Shown here in pieces: positions 10,704 to 19,942 of a stretch of DNA of 64,000 nucleotides. How positions within the stretch are numbered: the first letter of the stretch is position 1; each line of letters starts with the position of its first letter. Made by a program: the position numbers and the translations under genes. Below the pieces are notes generated by a model, which was not told where the DNA came from, did not search any database, and saw nothing but the letters and a program-made list of their open reading frames with translations. This DNA is from a bacterium (lineage in GTDB: Bacteria; Bacteroidota; Bacteroidia; Chitinophagales; JADIYW01), in assembly GCA_037189845.1 (NCBI GenBank), contig JBBCIS010000001.1, positions 327,654 to 391,653 of the forward strand, given 5' to 3'.

Positions 10704-11594
10704 TTAGTTGCCTAAATCCATAAAGAATTTTTCTTTTTTTATTTTCTCTTTCATTTTGACTACAGTTTCTATTCTTCCAAATTCTGAGTATGTACTTGGA
10801 ATTTGAATAGTATGTCCAAATAAATTCATTTCGAACCAACTGTACTTTTTGTCATTGACGACTTTTTCCTGTTGATGAATGCTATTAATTGCATTGTTTA
10901 CTTCTGCGAGTATTTGCTCAGGTGTATATTTTAAAAATAAAAGTGTTTTTAGAGATTGAATTATTTCGCTATGACCTACTTCAATTGTGAAAATTTCATT
11001 TGATAATTCTTTGATTGCCGCGTTGGTGTCGACTTTTAAAAGATAGATTTCTTTATATCGCAAAGCCATTGCAATTTTTATCATATTATTCCCATTGCCA
11101 CTAAATGTATTGTATATGTATTTTTTGTCAGCTAGTTGAAGATACTCGAGTGACTTGTCATATTGTTTTTCCTTTTTAAATATTTCAAACAAGTCAAGAC
11201 ATGCCAGGTGTTGGAGATGAGTGTATGGTTCAGGGAAAACTATTCGCATACATTTGAAATTGCTACTGTCATAATTAGTGACACATTCAAGAGCTTTGTA
11301 TTCATCATTTACCTCTCCGATCGGTTTTCCGTTTATTAAAGTTGTCAACTCCATTTTTGATTTTTCAAAATCGAGTTTTAAAAAATACAGATGTCCGATT
11401 TGTTGGTTTACTTCCTCTATCAAAGCATGTTTTGGGAACTTTTCTCTGAATTCAAGAAGGTTTTTAATAGAAGTATTATAATCATTATTACAATATGAAA
11501 TGGAAGCATTTTTCAAAAGATCACATTGTGGAAGTTGTCCAGATACTTTTAAGGTAAGCGTCAGTAATAGTATGGTCAATAGTTTCGCTTTCAT
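10704..11594 (-). CDS. secreted hypothetical protein (cassette 3)
   Basis: 296 aa with signal peptide MKAKLLTILLLTLTLKVSGQ, AT-rich, helical-repeat-like composition. No family recognised. Confidence 0.65.
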   Translation of the reverse strand: MKAKLLTILLLTLTLKVSGQLPQCDLLKNASISYCNNDYNTSIKNLLEFREKFPKHALIEEVNQQIGHLYFLKLDFEKSKMELTTLINGKPIGEVNDEYKALECVTNYDSSNFKCMRIVFPEPYTHLQHLACLDLFEIFKKEKQYDKSLEYLQLADKKYIYNTFSGNGNNMIKIAMALRYKEIYLLKVDTNAAIKELSNEIFTIEVGHSEIIQSLKTLLFLKYTPEQILAEVNNAINSIHQQEKVVNDKKYSWFEMNLFGHTIQIPSTYSEFGRIETVVKMKEKIKKEKFFMDLGN

Positions 11595-11619
11595 GGTACG
11601 TAAGGATTAGGGTAGTGCA

Positions 11620-11667
11620 GAAGATGGGAATTTTTAAAGCAAAAGTTCAATTGAAGAACGAGAAGTT
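11620..11667 (-). repeat. island intergenic motif, copy B
   Basis: gaagatgggaatttttaaagcaaaagttcaattgaagaacgagaagtt. See copy A. Confidence 0.75.
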
Positions 11668-11748
11668 CTTCTGCTTGTTGCGTCTATCCAAGAAGTCTTC
11701 TAAATACATAACTATAGAGATCAGAAAAATGCTAAAAATTGATGGTTT

Positions 11749-12768
11749 TTAGAAAAATGGGAGTTGAGAAACGGTTACACGTTTTGCCGGTAGTTTTCTT
11801 CTTATTCTTCTATAGTAGAAACGAAATGTAATAATACCCATCAAGATATATATTCCTCCCATTATTCGACAAAACAATGTAGATTGAGAAATTGTTCTAT
11901 TAACTTTTAATATTTTGTAATTTTTATTAAAGTCGTTGATTTTTTTTTCAATTTTTGAATCATCATTTTTTAAAGTAATTGTATTTTCTTTTTTTGAATA
12001 TAAAACAGCATTCATTGTATCTTTTTTATTCAGAATGTCAAATTGTATTTCTTTTTTCGAATAAATTAAAGCTGTGTTTTCGGGTAATTCTGGATTGAAA
12101 AAAGTGTAAAATCCTGTAAGAAATATAAATATTGATAGATATAACATTATATTTAGTAATATTGAATTTCTTTTTTCTATAGTATTTATTTCCGTTAATT
12201 TATCTATTTGATTTATGTCAGTTATTCTAAAATCAAATTCTATTGAGTTGTAAAAATCATCACTTATTTCATCAATTTCAATATTATTTGGAACTTCAAT
12301 CAAAGATTCAATTTCTATTTTTTCTCCAGTTTTTAATAAATCCCAAGTTAATTCTATAGTTGTATCATTCAGCTTATTTAATGTTATTGAGGAACCTTCT
12401 GGTTTTTCGTAAACATTTGTTTCTAACCATTTATATTTTTTTTTAGTTTTTAATTGAAGAGGTTTATAAATCCTCGATTTATCTATATCGGTTTTGCCAT
12501 TATTTATTAAAATACCTTTAAATAGAATCAAATAGTTTTCAACTGTTTGATTTTTATATTTAACATCAATTTTTAATCTATTTATATCTTGTTTAAACAA
12601 GCTATAACATTCTTTTTTTTCTAAACCTAATGATACTTTTTTATTGGTTTTTTTTGCAATCCACATACTATAAAAACCGAAGATGAGTGTGAAAATTAAA
12701 CCAATAATTCCTAATATATTTCCAAGCATGTATTTATTTAAATTTAGTTTTTTTGTTAAAATTACCAC
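11749..12768 (-). CDS. hypothetical membrane protein, about three TM segments (cassette 2)
   Basis: Very AT-rich ORF. Hydrophobic segments are ILGIIGLIFTLIFGFYSMWI, ILLNIMLYLSIFIFLTGFYTFF and IMGGIYILMGIITFRFYY. The track start is a GTG at 12768, with an alternative ATG at 12729. Confidence 0.65.
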   Translation of the reverse strand: MVILTKKLNLNKYMLGNILGIIGLIFTLIFGFYSMWIAKKTNKKVSLGLEKKECYSLFKQDINRLKIDVKYKNQTVENYLILFKGILINNGKTDIDKSRIYKPLQLKTKKKYKWLETNVYEKPEGSSITLNKLNDTTIELTWDLLKTGEKIEIESLIEVPNNIEIDEISDDFYNSIEFDFRITDINQIDKLTEINTIEKRNSILLNIMLYLSIFIFLTGFYTFFNPELPENTALIYSKKEIQFDILNKKDTMNAVLYSKKENTITLKNDDSKIEKKINDFNKNYKILKVNRTISQSTLFCRIMGGIYILMGIITFRFYYRRIRRKLPAKRVTVSQLPFF

Positions 12769-12784
12769 CTACGTTTCGGGTATT

Positions 12785-12830
12785 GCCGAAGGCGGGGAAT
12801 TTTAGCACCCAAGCTCAATAGAAATACCAC
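12785..12830 (-). repeat. island intergenic motif, diverged copy C
   Basis: gccgaaggcggggaattttagcacccaagctcaatagaaatacc has the same skeleton as copies A and B. Confidence 0.5.
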
Positions 12831-12861
12831 AGTTTAAATATAGAAAAAATGTTCAATAGAA

Positions 12862-13701
12862 TTACTTCAGTCCCGCTTTTGGCAATAGCACAACAAGGTA
12901 TTGCCCTTTGTTTTTACTTTCAATATTTACATCATTAATAATTACAATTTCCCAATTTGCAGGAAAGTGTAAATTATTCCATTCTTCTTTAATTTCCTTT
13001 TTAGTCTTGGAAACATCCTTAGAAAGACATAAAACAGCAATACAATGCTTATTGTTTGAATTTCCTGAATACCTTTTTGCATCAATGATTAACTCGTCAA
13101 GTTTAATTCCTATTTCATCATTTTTTCTAATTAGTTTATATTCTATTGCAGTCTTTAATTCTCTGATAATCACATCAGGTTTATAGTGTTTAAATTGATG
13201 TACAAAATATCCTTCCGAAAATGGGATGACACCATTGTAATAGAAATTTGCAACCTCCCTTACAATCCTATTTATATTGTCTTCGTTATTAACTGGTGTA
13301 TTTGTAATTTTAAGTATTTCATTGGTAAATTCAAGAAATTCAATAATTTTTTTACTACTCTTGTTTTTTTCTCTGTCCCAAAAGAAATCAAATGGAGCTA
13401 AATATTTTTTCCATTCAATAAGTAAATAGAGTTCTTCATCTGTATCTCCATATTTAAGTAAAGTAGATGAAATTTGGGTTGACCTTTTTTCATCACTAAT
13501 GATTGGAAAAAACGTTTGTTTAAATTCTAATAGATAATTATTTATATTTAATGTTTCAAAATAAACGCATAAAATATTATACATTCTATGTAAATATTCT
13601 TGTGTCCAGTATTCAGAAAAGTCTTTCTGTTCACGGTCAATTTTATCTAACATTCCATATGATATGTCAAATAAATAAGAGAAAACATCTCTTAAATACA
13701 T
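12862..13701 (-). CDS. hypothetical protein with a C-terminal PD-(D/E)XK-like nuclease motif (cassette 1)
   Basis: 279 aa. HYKPDVIIRELKTAIEYKLIR fits PD-x(n)-(D/E)xK. The N-terminal ~170 aa are unrecognised. The gene starts 23 nt downstream of the recombinase remnant. Confidence 0.55.
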   Translation of the reverse strand: MYLRDVFSYLFDISYGMLDKIDREQKDFSEYWTQEYLHRMYNILCVYFETLNINNYLLEFKQTFFPIISDEKRSTQISSTLLKYGDTDEELYLLIEWKKYLAPFDFFWDREKNKSSKKIIEFLEFTNEILKITNTPVNNEDNINRIVREVANFYYNGVIPFSEGYFVHQFKHYKPDVIIRELKTAIEYKLIRKNDEIGIKLDELIIDAKRYSGNSNNKHCIAVLCLSKDVSKTKKEIKEEWNNLHFPANWEIVIINDVNIESKNKGQYLVVLLPKAGLK

Positions 13702-13724
13702 ATAGTATAAATTAAACTATGTTT

Positions 13725-14162
13725 CTAAATATTTAATCCTTTCTTCCATTTAGAGTTTGGTTTTAGGGTATCGCACAACGTTTGTGTTTGCGCCATATGG
13801 TGTTCATCTACCATATCGATGTGGTCAAGTGGTCTGATAATAGCCGCTTTTTTAACATCTGAGATATGGGTGTAAATCTCTTTGGTTTTGATAGACTCAT
13901 GTCCCAATACATTTTGGATGTATCGAATATCTGTTCCCCTTTCCAAAAGATGGGTAGCGAAGCTGTATCTGAGTGTATGTACTGTTGCATAAGGATCTAA
14001 ACTACTTTTTCAATTGCCTTTCTGAATATGTTTTGAATACTTCTGGCATCATATTGTCCTCCAAATTCCCCTTCAAATAACCCATATTGCGGCTGATACA
14101 TCTGTATGTGTTTTTTAAAATATAACAAACATTTTTCTGACAACAATGTGTATCGGTCTTTT
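13725..14162 (-). pseudogene. tyrosine recombinase / site-specific integrase remnant (5'-truncated and frameshifted)
   Basis: Two frames read [52 protein letters not shown] and then [47 protein letters not shown] (HxxR...H...Y catalytic region). The frames join if the T5 run at 14006..14010 had one more base. An in-frame stop lies immediately upstream of KDRY, so the N-terminal domain is missing. Confidence 0.85.
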
Positions 14163-14240
14163 TATATCTATAAGTTTTTTCCTTTAATGATTTTAAAATT
14201 TAAAGAATAATTACTTCAACATTTAGCAAGCAGCTCCGCT

Positions 14241-14333
14241 GCAGCCGGGATAGAACAAAGAATCGCCTGAATTACCACGTGGTTTTAACCCGTGGTGATG
14301 AAGGAAGTCGAAGTGATAGCCGGAATAGCTGCC
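14241..14333 (+). repeat. GC-rich intergenic repeat, family R, copy 2
   Basis: gcagccgggatagaac...gatagccggaatagctgcc has the same ends as 3969..4058. Confidence 0.65.
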
Positions 14334-14334
14334 T

Positions 14335-14366
14335 CAAAACAAAAAGGCTACCCATACGGATAGCCT
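14335..14366 (-). terminator. rho-independent terminator of pckA
   Basis: On the minus strand, AGGCTATCC-GTAT-GGGTAGCCT (one mismatch) is followed by TTTTTGTTTTG, directly after the pckA stop. Confidence 0.7.
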
Positions 14367-14387
14367 CTATTTTTTAGCTTCAAAAGT

Positions 14388-15992
14388 TTATTTAACCTGA
14401 GGTGCTGCGCTTAAAATATCTGCGTTAGAACCTGCTTCGTATTTTTTGAAGTTCTGGATGAATTTATGACCTAGTTCGTTAGCAGTTTTGTCATACTCTT
14501 CTGCTACTGCCCATGTGTTTCTCGGGTTAAGGATTTCAGATGGGACACCTGCACAAGCTGTAGGAATTTCAAAGCCGAATACCGGAATTTTTTCAAAAGT
14601 TTCCTTCTCTAATTCTCCACTCAATGCAGCCGTAATCAATGCACGGGTATATTTTAAGCTCATACGTTTTCCGACTCCGTATACACCGCCAGTCATACCT
14701 GTATTGATCAACCAGACGTTAGAGCCGCTTTCATCTAATTTCTGACCTAATTTCTCAGCATATTTTGCAGGGTGTAATGGCAGGAACGCTGCTCCGAAAC
14801 AAGCAGAGAATGTAGTTTGTGGTTCAGTAACACCTGCTTCTGTACCGGCTACTTTGGAAGTATAGCCGCTGATGAACAGATACATTGCCTGAGATCTTGT
14901 CAGTTTAGAGATAGGAGGCATTACACCAAAAGCGTCATAGCAAAGGAAGAAGATGTTTTTTGGAGTAGTACCTACAGACGGGACTGCAATATTATCGATA
15001 TGGAATAAAGGATAAGATACACGGGTATTTTCAGTGATGCTTACATCCTCATAGTTTACCGTGTTTGTACCTTCGTAGAAACCAATGTTTTCTAAGATAG
15101 CTCCGTGTTTGATTGCGCGGAAGATATCTGGTTCTTTTTCTTCTGTCAGGTCAATACATTTTGCATAGCAACCGCCTTCAAAGTTAAAGACACCTTCAGG
15201 GCTCCAGCCGTGCTCATCGTCCCCGATCAGCTTTCTGTTTGGATCTGCAGATAAAGTAGTTTTTCCTGTGCCTGAAAGACCAAAGAACAGCGCAGTATCT
15301 CCGTCCTTGCCGATGTTTGCAGAACAGTGCATGGAAAGTACATTTCTCAGGTGAGGAAGTACAAAATTCAATACAGTGAAAATTCCTTTTTTGATTTCTC
15401 CGGTATAACCGCTACCACCTACTAAAATCACTTTTTTAGTAAAATTGATGATGGAGAAGTTATGTTGACGCGTGCCATCTACTGCAGGATCTGCATGGAA
15501 AGACGGAGCACAAAGGATCAACCAGTCATTTTCAAAAGTAGAAAGTTCTTCCGGAGTCGGTCTCAGGAACATATTGTCGGCAAACAAGTTTGCCCATGGA
15601 GTTTCAGTTATAACTCTTACATTGAGCTGATAGGTAGGATCAGCACAAGCAGCCACATCTCTTACATACACTTCAGGTTGAGCGTCTAAGTGTTTTACAA
15701 CTTTTGCCTGTAATGCATCAAACTGCTCAGGGGAATAAGGTTGATTGATATTATTCCAGTCTACTGAATCTGCTGTTAACTCGTCCTTAACTGTAAACTT
15801 GTCTTTAGGAGAACGTCCGGTGAACTCACCTGTCTGGATGCATAAAGCACCGGTATCGTTTAAAACACCTTGTCCTGATTCTACTGTTTTACTGACCAAC
15901 TCATCTCTCGTGAGGTTCCATAAAGCAGTTGTATTGCTAAATCCAAGATTGGCGAGTGTAGCTTTGGGATTTTTATCACCCTGCTCTTTCAT
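14388..15992 (-). CDS. pckA: phosphoenolpyruvate carboxykinase (ATP)
   Basis: 534 aa with FFGLSGTGKTTLS kinase-1a motif, IGDDEHGW and full-length ATP-dependent PEPCK organisation. Confidence 0.96.
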   Translation of the reverse strand: MKEQGDKNPKATLANLGFSNTTALWNLTRDELVSKTVESGQGVLNDTGALCIQTGEFTGRSPKDKFTVKDELTADSVDWNNINQPYSPEQFDALQAKVVKHLDAQPEVYVRDVAACADPTYQLNVRVITETPWANLFADNMFLRPTPEELSTFENDWLILCAPSFHADPAVDGTRQHNFSIINFTKKVILVGGSGYTGEIKKGIFTVLNFVLPHLRNVLSMHCSANIGKDGDTALFFGLSGTGKTTLSADPNRKLIGDDEHGWSPEGVFNFEGGCYAKCIDLTEEKEPDIFRAIKHGAILENIGFYEGTNTVNYEDVSITENTRVSYPLFHIDNIAVPSVGTTPKNIFFLCYDAFGVMPPISKLTRSQAMYLFISGYTSKVAGTEAGVTEPQTTFSACFGAAFLPLHPAKYAEKLGQKLDESGSNVWLINTGMTGGVYGVGKRMSLKYTRALITAALSGELEKETFEKIPVFGFEIPTACAGVPSEILNPRNTWAVAEEYDKTANELGHKFIQNFKKYEAGSNADILSAAPQVK

Positions 15993-16098
15993 AAATCGTT
16001 GTATTATCTGATTTTAAAAAACGTGGTGCAAAAATAGCCAAAAATTAAATCAAATCTTATTAGAATTGAGAATTGTGCATAAAAATGACAAAATGTGC

Positions 16099-17211
16099 TT
16101 ATTTCAGTTGGAATCGCTTGCCTGGAAGTGCTTTTATGACTCCTTTGAACTCCATAGAGAGTAAAATAGAAGACAGCTGATTCATCGGTATATCTGTAGC
16201 ATAGTATATTGTATCTATTGACACTGAATCATTTGTATCCATAAAGCCGACTATTTTGATTTCTTCTTCTTCAAGATGCTGATATTTCGATTTCCGATCG
16301 TAAAATGTATCAATAGTTAGCTGCTGCTTGATTTTCCAGCCTAAAATTTCAGAAAGATCATCAGGATGTGTGAGAAGCTGTGCTTTCAGGGATTTTATCA
16401 GCTTGTGAGGCCCCTGTGCAGTAGCATCGCTCCATCTTCCCGGAACAGTTAAAACTTCTCTGCCATAAGAATTGGCAATTTCAGCAGTAATCATTGAACC
16501 GCCTTTTTCACCAGATTCGATCAGGATAGTCGCATCACTCATGCCGGCTACGATCCTGTTGCGCATAGGGAAATTCGTCCTGTCAAAATCTGAGTTTCTG
16601 GAAAATTCTGAAAGCAATGCACCATTGTTCAGCAACTTCTGAGCGAGTGACTTATGTTGCCTCGGATATAATTGGTTCAGTGGATGCCCCAATACGCCAA
16701 TGGTAGGGATACCAAGCTCGACACATTTTTTGTGAGCAATGCCGTCTATTCCTACCGCAAGCCCGCTGACGATAGTGACATTCATAGGCGCTATAGCTTC
16801 TATAATTTTCTCTGTTACGGATTGGCCGTAATCAGTAGAATTTCTTGTCCCGACTATACTGATGATCTTATCAGGATTCAGATCTGCATTTCCTTTACTG
16901 AATAAAAGAAGCGGGGCATCATGACACTCTGTAAGTCTTTCAGGATACTTTTCGTCCGAAAAAGGTATGATGTCTATAGATTCTTTTTCACACCATTCTA
17001 TCTCTTTCTCTATCTGATCAAAAGACGAAAAAGAAACTATTTCCTTTGTTAGCTTTTCAGATATTTTCGGGATTTTCAGAAGCTTCCCTGCAGAAAGTTT
17101 AAAGATCTCCTGTGCTGAACCGACTTCATTGATCAGAAGCTTTGCCAAAATATCTCCGACACCCTTGACTTCTTTCAGTGCAAGCAGATATTTCAGATCT
17201 TCATGTGTCAT
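16099..17211 (-). CDS. dprA: DNA-processing protein DprA (Smf)
   Basis: 370 aa with IVGTRNSTDYG, SGLAVGIDGIAHK, the Rossmann-like DprA core and a C-terminal winged-helix-like tail. Confidence 0.9.
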   Translation of the reverse strand: MTHEDLKYLLALKEVKGVGDILAKLLINEVGSAQEIFKLSAGKLLKIPKISEKLTKEIVSFSSFDQIEKEIEWCEKESIDIIPFSDEKYPERLTECHDAPLLLFSKGNADLNPDKIISIVGTRNSTDYGQSVTEKIIEAIAPMNVTIVSGLAVGIDGIAHKKCVELGIPTIGVLGHPLNQLYPRQHKSLAQKLLNNGALLSEFSRNSDFDRTNFPMRNRIVAGMSDATILIESGEKGGSMITAEIANSYGREVLTVPGRWSDATAQGPHKLIKSLKAQLLTHPDDLSEILGWKIKQQLTIDTFYDRKSKYQHLEEEEIKIVGFMDTNDSVSIDTIYYATDIPMNQLSSILLSMEFKGVIKALPGKRFQLK

Positions 17212-17212
17212 T

Positions 17213-18865
17213 TTAGAAATCCTTATACCTGTTGAATAAGTTAGATCTTAAGCCGATGCCAATGAATGCGTTGCTTTGATTCTGTAGCTCAGAAGATAAT
17301 TTTCTATAGTTCAGAATCAGCTCTGCTGAAAGATTTGTTCTTGGGTTGACTCTGTACCCGGCTCTGACTTCTGTGTTGAAGATATTTGTTTTAACACCCT
17401 GGAGAAAACTGTTGTTGAATGCAAAATCCAGATTTGGTGCAATGTCAAAATCAGAGCGGTAGATATTGCTTCCTTTATGCTCGTCTCCGGCATCTCTCCC
17501 TTGTTTAGCATACTGGATTTTGGCAGAACCATAGAATTTATTTTTCTCGTATCTCAAAATAGCAAGGAATTCAAGGAAGTTGGCACCCAAAGGATGTGCG
17601 AGCGGCATATTCATATGCGTGTAGTTCTGAGAAGGTACTTTATGTGCAAAAACATAAGGTCTGACTGCATTCATCTCTAATTGTAAATCCAGCATAGGAA
17701 TTTTAAACAAGTCAAATGTTTTTAAACCTGCCTGAATTGCAAATTTATTTCTGTAAAATCCTTTACCTAACCTTGCGAACTTAATATCTAAGTCATCCAG
17801 CAAGAATTGAGTATAAATGTTTGCATGCCTGGAAAGCTTGAATTTCATATTGATACCTAACGTGATGTTGTCAGGCGATCCTACCGCAAATTCGACTGGC
17901 CTGAAGAAAACGACAGGGTTCAGATAGTTGACTTCCAGCCCTCTTGTTCCTGAACTGTCACCGTGTTCCCATACCACACTTTCAAAGAAGCTGAATTCAA
18001 ACCATTTGGCAATGTCTACGCTCACCATGTGCAAAACACTATATTTTGTACTGAAGTCAAAATCATTCAACGCGGTAGCAGTAGAGCCGTCTTTCAGAAC
18101 ATTGAAAAGGAAACTGTATTTGATTCTCCAGAAATTGGCATTCATGGCAAAATAAGGATAGGAAGGAGCATAATCACTCAAAAACATGCTTCTGTAGCCA
18201 TCACCCCAGAAGTGTTTGCCGTAACCTGCCTGAAGATTGAAAAATTTAGCAGGTTTGTAGCTGATGTATCCGGTGAAATCGTTGGTGCGCATTGAAGTTC
18301 CGTCCCAGCTGACTCTGCTGAAGCCCGGCATGACACCTTTGGAAGCCGCCAGATCTCTGATATATTCGGATGTGTTTTCTGATAATCCTCTGTAAGAAAA
18401 GCCTATAGATACTTTTTTGCCTAAATGGGCATTCATCTGAGCGCCGTACTGGCTGCCTATGTAAGCTTCTTTTGCACTGACATCATATCCTGCAGAAAAA
18501 TCGACAATAGGATTGATCCCCAGATAGAATTTATCTTTTTGAAATTGTAAAAGATCACCTCTCTTTAGCCCGAAAGTAAATCCATCTTTACCTTTCCGGA
18601 GGACGACTCTTCCTATACTGTCAACTTTTGGGCGGAAATTTTCATTATAATCAGCGATGCCCATGTTAGCCCACGCACTGTCGGGAATGGCTTCCAGTAC
18701 TTCACTTTCCAGGTACGGCTTGATGGAAGTATGAAATTTTACATTCGGGTCACTCAGATATCTTTCCAGTCTGTTCAGATACTCGTGTTCTAATGGTATT
18801 TGGGACTGCTGTGCAGTAGCAGAAAAAGCTGCTGTGCTAAAGAGTATGGCGAGTAGTTTCCTCAT
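17213..18865 (-). CDS. outer-membrane beta-barrel protein (family not resolved)
   Basis: 550 aa with signal peptide MRKLLAILFSTAAFSATAQQ, alternating aromatic/polar beta-strand pattern and a C-terminal ...RYKDF (terminal Phe). Confidence 0.7.
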   Translation of the reverse strand: MRKLLAILFSTAAFSATAQQSQIPLEHEYLNRLERYLSDPNVKFHTSIKPYLESEVLEAIPDSAWANMGIADYNENFRPKVDSIGRVVLRKGKDGFTFGLKRGDLLQFQKDKFYLGINPIVDFSAGYDVSAKEAYIGSQYGAQMNAHLGKKVSIGFSYRGLSENTSEYIRDLAASKGVMPGFSRVSWDGTSMRTNDFTGYISYKPAKFFNLQAGYGKHFWGDGYRSMFLSDYAPSYPYFAMNANFWRIKYSFLFNVLKDGSTATALNDFDFSTKYSVLHMVSVDIAKWFEFSFFESVVWEHGDSSGTRGLEVNYLNPVVFFRPVEFAVGSPDNITLGINMKFKLSRHANIYTQFLLDDLDIKFARLGKGFYRNKFAIQAGLKTFDLFKIPMLDLQLEMNAVRPYVFAHKVPSQNYTHMNMPLAHPLGANFLEFLAILRYEKNKFYGSAKIQYAKQGRDAGDEHKGSNIYRSDFDIAPNLDFAFNNSFLQGVKTNIFNTEVRAGYRVNPRTNLSAELILNYRKLSSELQNQSNAFIGIGLRSNLFNRYKDF

Positions 18866-19277
18866 GAAATCTTGATCTGTTTATATTTCAGGCGTTACAA
18901 AGAAACCTGAATATTTTATATTTTCTTCACTAAAATAGTAAGATTCCAAAGAAACCTTTACCGTTGCACATAGATTGTTGAAATTATGCTATTAATATTT
19001 TTTGAAAGATGTGATAGTGAGCAAGAAATGCAATTACGATTTTGATGACACAATTGAGAACTAAGTGAGTTACACGGTGGTTGAGGAGCTCATTGAGTCC
19101 ATCAAAATGTGACTCGAAACCACTCGTAATGAGCAAGAATGCAACAGGCAAATGCTGACGCAGTGGCGGCTGAGATTATTTTTAACCATGACAGGGAAAT
19201 ACAGAAACAATTTTATATAGTGGAATGCAGAATTTTTAATAATCATTTTAAGTTAACTCAATTTCTGCCTTAGATAA

Positions 19278-19757
19278 TTGATGGTACTTTGGGAAATGGA
19301 ATGGTTTAAGATATCAAACAAGACAAAAGCAAAGCTGCTCAATTTTTACCCGCCTTATATTGGTGCTAATATCAGGATTACAGATTGTAATGACAGCCTG
19401 ACGTGGATCAAGGTCAGTATGAAGCTGAATTCGTTGAATAAAAATGTCATGGGAGTTCACTTCGGAGGCTCATTGTATGCAATGTGTGATCCTTTTTATA
19501 TGTGGATACTGATGGATAATCTTGGGAAAGATTTTATCGTATGGGACAAAGCTGCTACTATCCGATTCAGAAAACCGGGCACCGGAACTGTATCTGCAAA
19601 ATTTGAAATTTCTCCCGATGAAATAGAATCTATCAGAGCTGAGGTAATGGAAAAAGAAAAGAATGATTATTTTTTCTCAACGGTAATAACCAATGAACAA
19701 GGCGTGGTAGTCGCTGAAGTAGATAAAGTTGTGTACGTCAGGTATAAGAAAAAATAA
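19278..19757 (+). CDS. DUF4442-like hotdog-fold (thioesterase-like) protein
   Basis: 159 aa. YPPYIGANIRIT...GVHFGGSLYAMCDPFYMWIL...WDKAATIRFRKPG is as I recall it for DUF4442/PaaI-like proteins. The ATG at 19281 is an alternative start. Confidence 0.6.
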   Translation: MMVLWEMEWFKISNKTKAKLLNFYPPYIGANIRITDCNDSLTWIKVSMKLNSLNKNVMGVHFGGSLYAMCDPFYMWILMDNLGKDFIVWDKAATIRFRKPGTGTVSAKFEISPDEIESIRAEVMEKEKNDYFFSTVITNEQGVVVAEVDKVVYVRYKKK

Positions 19758-19942
19758 AATTGCAAACGTATTTTTGAAATCTGTATAATCTGTCTGCTTA
19801 TTCTGTTTCGTATAATTGACTGGCTATCAATATATCTATACTCCCAAAGGTCAATATAAACAAGAACTTTTGAAGAGTTGCAGCCAAAAAGTTAAACTAA
19901 ACGGCATCCGGGTGAAAAAATATAACTTTCTATTGTAATTTA

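Noticed and set aside
13808-13990. 60-aa minus-strand ORF ([20 protein letters not shown]...) overlapping the integrase remnant.
   Set aside because: It is an out-of-frame reading of the recombinase catalytic region. The conserved [15 protein letters not shown] frame is the biologically meaningful one.
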